Origin: Candidatus Hydrogenedentota bacterium | GTDB lineage: Bacteria; Hydrogenedentota; Hydrogenedentia; Hydrogenedentales; SLHB01 | Direction of reading: 5' to 3' | DNA length: 60,797 nt | Assembly (NCBI GenBank): GCA_045863335.1 | Contig: BTVY01000045.1 | Location: 1-60,797 of the forward strand | Shown: piece after piece, positions 26,622 to 34,920 of the stretch | Layout of the letters: each line of letters begins with the position of its first letter | How positions within the stretch are numbered: position 1 is the stretch's first letter | Notes under the pieces: model-generated | Database searches by the model: none | Told to the model about the DNA's origin: nothing | What the model saw: only the letters and a program-made list of their open reading frames with translations | Position numbers and translations under genes: made by a program

Positions 26622-29303
26622 TCATGGTTCCGACACGCGGAGTTTGATGATCAAATCGTCCGCTTTTTGGTTCTCCAACTCAACCTTAGGGTTGTGGACA
26701 AGTTTGACGATCCGGTATTTGGCCGTCATCGGCGGACCGCTGTGGAGTTGCGTGGCGATGAGGCCGGAGCGCTCCGCAGTCTCGTTGAGGTCGAGAAACG
26801 CAGTGCCGAGCGTACCGTTGATGGCGGACCAAATCGCGGGGCCGACCGCAAGGATCTCGTAGCGGTTCCACTCTCCCGGCTTCACCGCCGCTTCGGCCGT
26901 GTCTACGGGATCCAACATTCCACGTCCGTGCTCGTGATACAGCTTGCCCCACCAGGTCTCACCGACATCCGCTTGATAGCCCTGCGCCTGCCCGCTCTCG
27001 TCGGCCTTTGACGAACGGATTTGTATACCCGCGTTCGCCGTGTTGGGATCGAGCAAGACGTCTACCACGAGATAGAAATCGCCTACCTCGACGTTGGACC
27101 ACAGAAATTCGTTTTTCGGGATCTGGCTGTCACTGTGCCCGACGATCGCGCCGTCTGCCACGCTCCAGTAGGGGGCGTTGCCTTGCCACCCCGTCAGGTC
27201 CGTTCCGTTGAAGAAGGCGGTGTCTTCCGATGCGGACGCGCCAAGGCCGCGGGCAATGTTGATAGCGGCCTGCATGGCCTCGCCTTTGACAGCCTCGTTG
27301 CGGAATTGTGCGAATACCCATTCGAGCGCCTGCTTGTCGGTGACTTGCCCCAATCCGGCGAGCACGACCTTCATCTCATCGTCCGTGGACGCGAGCTTCA
27401 TCAGGATGCCGTAGTCGGAGAGTAACTGCTCGGAACCTGCGCCGCTCTGGCCCAGCAGACGCACCGTGCCTCGGAGGGCCAGCAACTTCAGTTGCGGATC
27501 GCTTGATGTTTGGGCGAGACCCATTACCACCGGCAACGCTTCCGGCGACGGCCAGTTGCAGAGCGTTTGCTGCGCTGCGTCCTTCACCGGCGCGTCGCTG
27601 GAGCTTGCCAATGCCTGGACGGTTTCGAGGGCATTCGCGCTGCCGGTCGATCCCAGCAGGCGGATCATGCCGAGCCGGGCATCGCCTTCGGACTCTTCAA
27701 GCGTTGCGGTGAAGGCGTCGACCACCGCGGGCGGCGCGGCGACCGTTGCCAGTTTGATCGACTGGTTCTCATTGACGGTCTTGCTGAGAGATTCACCGTT
27801 CGCCTGGTAATCGATGCGGAGTTTCTTCGGAGTATTCGGCGCAGGGTCGCCGAAGTTGGCGTTGGTCGCGTCTACGGACGGCGCACCCGCATCGACGAGT
27901 TGCTTCACTTTGTCCGTCACATCTGCCGATTGTCCGTCGGGCAAATCGCCGTATACGGCCTTCTCAATGACGATACCACCGGGAGCCTTCTTCTGCCGTT
28001 CGCTAATCGATGACAGAACGGCTTCCATGGTCTGACGCTCTTCAGCGGACTCGATCGCGGCCATGCGATCCAGGAGCGCGCCGAGTTCGTCCATACCTGC
28101 GGAGCTTTGCAGGGCCGTGAGCGCCGCGATGCGTACCGATTCGTCGGTGTCGTTCTGTGCGACCGTCAGGAGCAACCCGGCGGGCTTTTCAATGCCGCCT
28201 TGCCCGATGAGTTCGACGCCGACGCGCCGCGCCTCGGGACTGTCGGCCTTCAGCATGGCTTTAAGCGCGTTGTCGCCCTTGCTACCAGGGAAGTAGCTGA
28301 GCGAGTCGCGGGCCGCCTTTGCCAGGTCCTCGTCTTCGGCCCACGACAATTCCTCGAGCAGCGGGAGCACTGCATCGTACTCCATGCGCGTCGCCGCTTT
28401 GATGGCGGCAATACGGACCGGGGTCGCGCCGACCCGCGCCTCCGCGAGTACAGCCGGACCCGCGGCCGCGGTGTCCGGTCCGCAGACACTCATCAATTGG
28501 ATTTTGCGGTCGTCGGACAAGGCGGGCAATGCTTCGGCCAATGCTTCCGCTACGGCCTTCTTGCCGTCGAGTTCGCGCGCGACGCGCAGGGCCATAGCAA
28601 ATCGATCGGCGTCATCGCTTGCGAGCGCTTCCTTCAGAATGGGGGCACCATCGCGCATATTGCGCGACAGAATCGCGCCGCGCATCGCTGCCGTCGCGAT
28701 GAACGGCGGCGCATCGGAAAGTTCGCGGAGTCGGTCGTAGATCGCAGCGGCCTCGTCCTTCTTGCCTGCGGCCGCGTAGGTTTCGGCGCAACCGAGCAAG
28801 GCGTCGCAGATTACCACGCGGGTCGCGGAAGTTATGGCGGTGTTCCCCAACGCCGCGTCCAAACCGGCCGCGGCTTCCGGCGTGGCGATGTCGCCGAGCG
28901 CTTTTGCGGCGGCCTGGGCGACTTGTTCGTCGCTGTCGGACACCAGCGCGACGAGGGCGGGCACGGCTTCCGCATCGTTCCGTGTGGCGAGCGAGCTGAT
29001 GACGCCTACCTTCAATAGTCCGGACGTCTTGCCCAAGGCATCGCGGAGCGCCGCGCCGGCTTCGGGATACGGCATCGGTTCCAGCGCGTACCGCGCCATG
29101 TGCGCGAGCTGTTCGTCGAGCAACAGACCTGCCAGGACAGGGATAGCCTCTTCCGTTCCTTGCCGCGACAGTACGCGGCAAGCGTCCATCTTCTCGACGA
29201 GTGGCGCGTCGGACTGAAGCACGGCAATGGGGTTTGAATCCTGCGCGGCCGCGCCGAAAGCCAGCACGAGGGCCAGCAGGATGGTTGTGATGTGGTACCG
29301 CAT
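26622..29303 (-). CDS. HEAT-repeat protein with SUEL-lectin/DUF3395-like insert and C-terminal DUF1080
   Basis: Signal peptide; many HEAT-like helices; IEKAVYG...FGDPAPNTPKKLRIDY insert; FFNGTDLTGW, NAGIQIR, GYQAD, GEWNRYEI, QLHSG. Confidence 0.85.
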   Translation of the reverse strand: MRYHITTILLALVLAFGAAAQDSNPIAVLQSDAPLVEKMDACRVLSRQGTEEAIPVLAGLLLDEQLAHMARYALEPMPYPEAGAALRDALGKTSGLLKVGVISSLATRNDAEAVPALVALVSDSDEQVAQAAAKALGDIATPEAAAGLDAALGNTAITSATRVVICDALLGCAETYAAAGKKDEAAAIYDRLRELSDAPPFIATAAMRGAILSRNMRDGAPILKEALASDDADRFAMALRVARELDGKKAVAEALAEALPALSDDRKIQLMSVCGPDTAAAGPAVLAEARVGATPVRIAAIKAATRMEYDAVLPLLEELSWAEDEDLAKAARDSLSYFPGSKGDNALKAMLKADSPEARRVGVELIGQGGIEKPAGLLLTVAQNDTDESVRIAALTALQSSAGMDELGALLDRMAAIESAEERQTMEAVLSSISERQKKAPGGIVIEKAVYGDLPDGQSADVTDKVKQLVDAGAPSVDATNANFGDPAPNTPKKLRIDYQANGESLSKTVNENQSIKLATVAAPPAVVDAFTATLEESEGDARLGMIRLLGSTGSANALETVQALASSSDAPVKDAAQQTLCNWPSPEALPVVMGLAQTSSDPQLKLLALRGTVRLLGQSGAGSEQLLSDYGILMKLASTDDEMKVVLAGLGQVTDKQALEWVFAQFRNEAVKGEAMQAAINIARGLGASASEDTAFFNGTDLTGWQGNAPYWSVADGAIVGHSDSQIPKNEFLWSNVEVGDFYLVVDVLLDPNTANAGIQIRSSKADESGQAQGYQADVGETWWGKLYHEHGRGMLDPVDTAEAAVKPGEWNRYEILAVGPAIWSAINGTLGTAFLDLNETAERSGLIATQLHSGPPMTAKYRIVKLVHNPKVELENQKADDLIIKLRVSEP

Positions 29304-29332
29304 GATCGCTGTTCTTCCTTTCGCGTCCATCG

Positions 29333-30631
29333 TTATATGACCCACGGCGCGCGTTGCGCACGGGAGCGCAGACGGTTGGCCTCGTCGTCGTTGATGAATT
29401 CTTCCTTCACAGGGTCGTACTCCATGTCGCGCTTGAGCCACATGCAGATGTTCGCCGCGTGGACGGTGCTCATGGACCGGTGCATGACGGTGGGGTTCGC
29501 GACGGTCTCTTCGCGGGACTTTACGCAGTCGAGGAAGTTGCGCATGTGGTCCAGCGAACGGCCGGTGCGTTCGACGTATTCGCCGATGACCGTCTTGTAC
29601 TCCGCGAGAATGTCCGGCGACGACGCCTCGGGCATGGCATATCCGTCCGCCGACCCGACCCAACCGCGTTCGCCGTCGAAGCGTTCGCCGCAGGAGCCGT
29701 GCCAGTAGACGTCGTTGCGCGAGAGGATCATCTCCTGGCCGCTGGCGAAGGTGCAGACCATGCCATCGCCGGAGTCGTTATTCACATAGCCATAGTGGAC
29801 GGGCGATGTGTCGCCGGCGTCGATGCCGGCCTGGGCCTGCGCGAAGGTGTGAGCGCCCCACTCGCCGATGCAGCTCGTGTGAAAGTCATAGTCGTCGCGC
29901 CAGCCGCCGCTGACGTAGGAGCTGTTGTAGGGCCGCCACGGGCAGGACCCCAGCCAGATGTCCCAGTCCACCTCATCCACGGGCGGCAGGGGCTCTTCCG
30001 GTTTCCACGTGTGCTGCATGGTCGCTGAATCCCAGGGCGCGATATGCGCGTAGGCGCGCGAGACCTTGCCCAAACGGCCCGTGCGCGCCATCTCGATGGC
30101 GAATACGTGATTGGCCTCGCTCAGGCGCTGCGTGCCGGTCTGATAGACCCGGCCATAGCGGCGCGCGGCTTCCACAACGGCCTGGCCTTCGGCGATGGTC
30201 ATGCAGGAAGGTTTTTCCGTGTAGACGTCTTTTCCCTCACGCATCGCGCGTACGGACGCCTGGGCGTGCCAGTGGTCGCCGGTGGCGATGAGCACGGCGT
30301 CGATATCCGGCCGGTCCGGCAGGAACTCGCGCAGGTCGCGGTACATGGCGCAGTCTTTGGTGCCGTAGTAGTCGTCGACGAAGGCCTTGACGGCTTCCCT
30401 CTGCTGCTTCCAGAGGTCGCAAATGGCAACCACCTGGACATCCTTGTTGCCGATGATCCAGCGCAGGTCGTGAAACCCGCGGCCATGGATTCCGATGCAT
30501 CCGACGACGATGCGTTCCGACGGCGCGACCGATCCGTCTTTCCCGAGTGCCGACGCGGGGATGATGTAAGGCGCGGCCACGGTGGCCGCCGTCGTCGTCA
30601 AGAACCGGCGGCGAGAAATCTTCGTGCTCAT
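29333..30631 (-). CDS. Gfo/Idh/MocA oxidoreductase, Tat-exported
   Basis: SRRRFL, GIHGRG, ATGDHWH, DVYTEKP, QTGTQR, EWGAH; GGAGGAGGAG RBS. Confidence 0.92.
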   Translation of the reverse strand: MSTKISRRRFLTTTAATVAAPYIIPASALGKDGSVAPSERIVVGCIGIHGRGFHDLRWIIGNKDVQVVAICDLWKQQREAVKAFVDDYYGTKDCAMYRDLREFLPDRPDIDAVLIATGDHWHAQASVRAMREGKDVYTEKPSCMTIAEGQAVVEAARRYGRVYQTGTQRLSEANHVFAIEMARTGRLGKVSRAYAHIAPWDSATMQHTWKPEEPLPPVDEVDWDIWLGSCPWRPYNSSYVSGGWRDDYDFHTSCIGEWGAHTFAQAQAGIDAGDTSPVHYGYVNNDSGDGMVCTFASGQEMILSRNDVYWHGSCGERFDGERGWVGSADGYAMPEASSPDILAEYKTVIGEYVERTGRSLDHMRNFLDCVKSREETVANPTVMHRSMSTVHAANICMWLKRDMEYDPVKEEFINDDEANRLRSRAQRAPWVI

Positions 30632-30835
30632 ATGCTCCTCCTCCAAGGACAGTGATATCGGGTGTGGGTGGGATACGTGAAGGCTGTGTCAGTCGACTTC
30701 GACAAACCGAAACGTACACTTAGGTGCGGAGGCATCGAGGCCGAACACCGATAGCCCAAGTTTACCCCGCCGCATCCGCCGCCGCGCTATCCGCTGTCAA
30801 ACGCTCCCCCTGCCCGAATCCAAGATACTCGGTAC

Positions 30836-30864
30836 ACGATAGGACGCGACGGGCGGCGAATCAA
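30836..30864 (-). promoter_or_regulatory. Putative sigma70 promoter
   Basis: TTGATT-N17-TATCGT on the minus strand, about 200 nt upstream of ATG 30631. Confidence 0.35.
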
Positions 30865-30918
30865 GTCTCGCCGACACGGATACCATGACCGTAGGTAAAA
30901 TGTCCGGAACTGGCAAGA

Positions 30919-30944
30919 TGGACCCCCGCCTTCGCGGGGGTGAC
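30919..30944. repeat. Solo palindromic repeat (family D, TGGA-CCCCCGC-CTTC-GCGGGGG-TGAC)
   Basis: 7-bp GC stem flanked by TGGA and TGAC; matches the widespread GGA-palindrome-TGAC repeat pattern. Confidence 0.6.
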
Positions 30945-31035
30945 GGAGGGGGTCTCCAAGCAATTGAACTACGGCCGTGCAGGTGCTCCTGCGCGAAGCA
31001 CGGTACCGGGAACGTTGGGATGGGGCCGCCGGCGA

Positions 31036-32406
31036 TCAGGACGCGCTGGCGAGCCGTTTGCGGAGGTAGTCCAGCAGGACGTTTCCGTGGAGGTCGATCT
31101 GGGCAATGGCGCCATCGGGGCCGACGATGACGGTCGTGGGTACGTTTACGACGCGGTAGTCCTTCCGGATGGGATTGACGGACCAGGAGCCGGCATAAAT
31201 CACAGGATGAGCGAGGCCTTTCTGTTGCGCGAAGTCGCGGGCCTCCTGTTCGCTCTCGTCCAGACTGATACCCAGGACAACCACGTCAGACGTGCCCCCC
31301 AATTCCGGTGTCAATCGGTCGAAGGAGTCAATGGTGTCTACGCAGGGCTTGCACCAGCCGGCGTAGAAGTGGATGACGACATACTTTCCTTTCTGACCGG
31401 CCAACGCGAAGGGGTGTCCGTCGAGCGTGGTGCTGGTGATATCCGGCGCGGGCTGACCCGCTTCGAGGGGCATGAAAGGCGCCAGGTCGATGGCGACGTT
31501 GAACTGCACTTCATTGATCGCCGGGGCGACGTTCAATTCGGAGATGGATTCCAGCGTTCGTCCCCCGTCGTTCAGCGCGAGGCGGCGGAAACATCGGACT
31601 TCGTAGTCGCCCGGCGGCACGTCGAAGACGCTATACGAGCCGTCGTGTTCGGTCACCGCGGAATGCACGATGGCGTTGCGATCGCGTGAATCCGCTCCCT
31701 TGGGAAGCAGCCGCACCCAGACCCCGTGCAGCGGTTCGCCTTCGGTACTTGCGACCGTGCCGGACACGCGGGGCAGTTCCGTACCGCCGAGTTCAACGAT
31801 GGTATTCGTATTCGACGGCAAACTTACTTGCTTCGAACGGGTAATCACACTGCGAAAGCAGCAGCCAACCTGCGGGACGTCTTCCCAGGTGGTCACGGTG
31901 TAGTCGCCCGGCGAAAGCGCGGGGAGACGAAGCAGGCCGTCCGCGTTGGACTTGCCGGTGTAGACGAACCGGAGATACGGCACAGGCGTGTTTCGAACCA
32001 AGGTCAAGTTCTCTCTGGGCGAAGGACTCGAACCTCGGTACACGCGGACCTCGCCGCGCGCGGGCGACTCCATGGTTATCGCCAGAGGTTGGTTGGTACC
32101 CTGAAGATCCACAACGGCGACAACATCCTGCATATCCTGGACGAGGAGACAAACGGCGCCGACGATGTTCTCGACGAATGCAAAACGGCCTTCGCGATCC
32201 GTAAGCGCGCGCGGCACCGATTCGCCGACCATGACACTATTGTTGTTCACAGTGAACGGCTTTCGGCCGTCCAGCGCGTAGACGACGGCGCCTCCGGCGG
32301 GCGAACCGTCGGCATACGTGACGGTGCCGGACAGGGATTCGGCGTGAGCGCAGAAGGCGGCGCCGGCCGCAAGCATCGGTGTCAGGGCGATCGGGAGTAG
32401 TCTCAT
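31036..32406 (-). CDS. Secreted redoxin (TlpA/AhpC-TSA type) with carboxypeptidase-regulatory-like beta domains
   Basis: Signal peptide, repeated SGTV...G.P domains, C-terminal GQPAPD...GKYVVIHFYAGWCKPC...VNVPTTVIVGPDG. Confidence 0.85.
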   Translation of the reverse strand: MRLLPIALTPMLAAGAAFCAHAESLSGTVTYADGSPAGGAVVYALDGRKPFTVNNNSVMVGESVPRALTDREGRFAFVENIVGAVCLLVQDMQDVVAVVDLQGTNQPLAITMESPARGEVRVYRGSSPSPRENLTLVRNTPVPYLRFVYTGKSNADGLLRLPALSPGDYTVTTWEDVPQVGCCFRSVITRSKQVSLPSNTNTIVELGGTELPRVSGTVASTEGEPLHGVWVRLLPKGADSRDRNAIVHSAVTEHDGSYSVFDVPPGDYEVRCFRRLALNDGGRTLESISELNVAPAINEVQFNVAIDLAPFMPLEAGQPAPDITSTTLDGHPFALAGQKGKYVVIHFYAGWCKPCVDTIDSFDRLTPELGGTSDVVVLGISLDESEQEARDFAQQKGLAHPVIYAGSWSVNPIRKDYRVVNVPTTVIVGPDGAIAQIDLHGNVLLDYLRKRLASAS

Positions 32407-32423
32407 GTCTGCAACGCCTCGCG

Positions 32424-33212
32424 TCAGTGGCTCAGGGCGTAGGCCACGATATTGATTCCGGTTCGGATGCTCTCTTCATGATGAGCCCGTTTAATCCAAG
32501 AGTTTCGCGGATCGGTCCAACCGCAATGGATATCGGCGTCGCACAGCACGACCGCAAGGCGATCTTCGATAAACACGCCGACATTCCCGGGACTCGGCAC
32601 ACCCGTGCGCACCCAGCGGCGATAGTTGGGCTGGCTGATGTCGTACACGTTCCGATAGATCTCGTGGTCCTCCGGGATCGGCCGGATGGCTTCTTGCCCA
32701 AAGGCGCTGACCAGGGAGAGGTAAGCGCTTTGATAGAAATCATCCGCCCGGCCGGGATGGGCGCACTCGTCCATCAAAACGAAGCCGCCGCTGCACACAT
32801 AGTCGCGCAGATTCTCCGTCTGCGTCTGACCCAGGCGATAAACACCCATGCCGGTCATGAAGAGGAACGGGAACTTGCGCAGGTCGTCTATGGACGTCAG
32901 GTCGACCATGGCGTTGAAGTGTTCGGGCTTGCCGCGTTCCGGGTTTTCATCGCGAGTATTGGGCTGAATCTTCACTTTGATCCGGAGCACGTGGCTGAGC
33001 TGTTCCAGAAGATTCTTGTCGCCTCCCGGAAAGTACTCCCAATCGGGATTGTTGTTTCCCACGCGGGCAATGAGGAAATCGTAGTCGTCCACATCTCCCG
33101 GAATGTACTGCTCCGCGTGGGCGATACCGGCCAGCCCGGCCGTGGCGGCGGATACCGCGGCGACACGGCCCATGAAACCACGTCGCGTCAGTTCCTCGTG
33201 TCGTTCTTGCAT
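32424..33212 (-). CDS. DUF4159 protein, Tat-exported (paralog 2)
   Basis: TRRGFM, FPFLFMTG, GGFVLMDE, IPEDHEIY, GINIVAYALSH. Confidence 0.85.
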   Translation of the reverse strand: MQERHEELTRRGFMGRVAAVSAATAGLAGIAHAEQYIPGDVDDYDFLIARVGNNNPDWEYFPGGDKNLLEQLSHVLRIKVKIQPNTRDENPERGKPEHFNAMVDLTSIDDLRKFPFLFMTGMGVYRLGQTQTENLRDYVCSGGFVLMDECAHPGRADDFYQSAYLSLVSAFGQEAIRPIPEDHEIYRNVYDISQPNYRRWVRTGVPSPGNVGVFIEDRLAVVLCDADIHCGWTDPRNSWIKRAHHEESIRTGINIVAYALSH

Positions 33213-33231
33213 GGTTGCGCCTCCGCGTGCG

Positions 33232-34026
33232 TCAATGGCTCAGGAAATACGCCACGATGTTGATGCCGGTTTTGATGCCTTCCTCGTGGTAAGCGCGTTT
33301 GCCCCAGGAGTCGCGCGGGTCTGTCCAGCCGCAATGGATGTCGGAGTCGCAGAGCACCGCCGCGAGCCGATCGCCGACGAACAGGCCGACATTGCCGGGG
33401 CTGGCGCCGCCGGGACGCTGCCAGCGCTGGAAGTTCGGACGGCTAATGTCATAGACGTTGCGGTAGACCTCGTGGTCTTCGGGAATGGGGCGCACGGCCT
33501 CTTGCCCAAACATGCTGACGAGCGCGAGGTAGCTGCTCTGGTAGAAGTCATCCGCGCGACGGGGCGACGCGCATTCGTCCATCAACACGAAGCCTCCGCA
33601 GCAAATGTACTCTTTCAAGACGTCCAATTGTGGCTGGCCAATGCGAAAAGAGCCGGTTCCCATCATGAAGAGCATGGGGAACTGTCGCATGGCCTCGATG
33701 GAACCCAGGTCCACGAGGGCGTTGAAGTGCTCGGGCAAGCCGTTGCTTGGATATTCGTCGCGGACGTTAGGCTGCAATTTAACCTTCACGCGGAGCACGT
33801 GGCTAAGCTGTTCGAGGAAGTTTTTGTCGCCGCCGGGACCGAAATCCCAGTCAGGGTTGTTGTTGCAAATGCGCGCCATCAGAAAGTCGTATTTGTCCGC
33901 ATCGGCCGGGGCGTAGGCGCCGTGTTGCGGGATCGCATTCGCTGCGAGGGGGAAGGCCGATGCCGCGGCGACGGTGGCGGCGGATTGCTTCAGGAAACTG
34001 CGGCGGTCCAGGGCGTGGCGTGTCAT
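33232..34026 (-). CDS. DUF4159 protein, Tat-exported (paralog 1)
   Basis: DRRSFLK, FPMLFMMG, GGFVLMDE, IPEDHEVY, GINIVAYFLSH. Confidence 0.85.
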   Translation of the reverse strand: MTRHALDRRSFLKQSAATVAAASAFPLAANAIPQHGAYAPADADKYDFLMARICNNNPDWDFGPGGDKNFLEQLSHVLRVKVKLQPNVRDEYPSNGLPEHFNALVDLGSIEAMRQFPMLFMMGTGSFRIGQPQLDVLKEYICCGGFVLMDECASPRRADDFYQSSYLALVSMFGQEAVRPIPEDHEVYRNVYDISRPNFQRWQRPGGASPGNVGLFVGDRLAAVLCDSDIHCGWTDPRDSWGKRAYHEEGIKTGINIVAYFLSH

Positions 34027-34919
34027 GGCGTGACTCCTTCCTCTTCCGTGGAAGGTTGAACGGGGTGAACAGCCTCAGTCGCAGTATAGCACAGGTCCCA
34101 GGTATCTACGGCGACGGTTGCGGCGACCGCGCCGTCGTTGCCGCTCTCTTGGTACGTCCAAGGTTGTTGGCTCGGCGTGGTATCGCCATTGTCTTCGAGA
34201 AGCGCATTCTCCGACTTCATGAGATTCTGATCGCGGAACAGCGCGTCGATCTGTTGCACGGTGTGCTGGAATGCTTCCAGCAGCGTCGTCGTGCCGTCGC
34301 CGTCCACGTCCGATTCCGGCAGCATGAGGGCGGGCACGAAGTAATCGGAGAACCGGGTGCTGACGGGCTGATCGCTGCGCGCGCTGTAGATCAGGATGCG
34401 ATTCGGTCCCGCCAGGGCCTCCGCGGCCAATCCCGCGCCGGGACAATCCAGCACGAGGGTCAACTGGCCGGGATCGAGCGGCGCGAGAAGCGCGGCGAGT
34501 TCTGTGTGGGTGAGGTCGGGACCCGGGATATTCAGTCGCAATTCGTCTCCGACGATGTTGGCTTGCCCAGTGAAGTAGATCACAAGCCGATCTTGGGGAG
34601 TGAGCGAATGCAACTTGGAGAAAGCAGCGTTTATCCCGTCCTTCGTCGAGGAGCCTGTGATTCCCGATACGAACGAGTCTGGCGCAGCCAGCACCGCGAG
34701 GTTCGTGGAATCGACGCCGACCTGTTGGAGGAAGTATTGGCCGAGCCTGGAGATTGCGCGGTCTTTCGAGCGAGTCTCCTCGGGATCCTTGTTGACGCCG
34801 CCGATAAGCACCACGTGAAGGTTTGAACCGGCCGGGGTTTCATACGCGTTGTCTTCTTGCGCGGTGGCGAAGGAAGCCGTGACCGCGAGCAGCAATCCAT
34901 ATCGTACGCAGCGTGTCAT
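34023..34919 (-). CDS. Secreted caspase-fold (peptidase C13/C14-like) protein, probably inactive
   Basis: VVLIGG, STKDGINAAF, DRLVIYFTGQ, LVLDCPGAG, YSAR, DVDGDGTTTLLEAF. Confidence 0.65.
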   Translation of the reverse strand: MTRCVRYGLLLAVTASFATAQEDNAYETPAGSNLHVVLIGGVNKDPEETRSKDRAISRLGQYFLQQVGVDSTNLAVLAAPDSFVSGITGSSTKDGINAAFSKLHSLTPQDRLVIYFTGQANIVGDELRLNIPGPDLTHTELAALLAPLDPGQLTLVLDCPGAGLAAEALAGPNRILIYSARSDQPVSTRFSDYFVPALMLPESDVDGDGTTTLLEAFQHTVQQIDALFRDQNLMKSENALLEDNGDTTPSQQPWTYQESGNDGAVAATVAVDTWDLCYTATEAVHPVQPSTEEEGVTP

Positions 34920-34920
34920 G

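Noticed and set aside
29304-29663. N-terminal 120 aa of the 1013-aa ORF in the track
   Set aside because: Overlaps the upstream oxidoreductase in another frame; the signal peptide starts at ATG 29303
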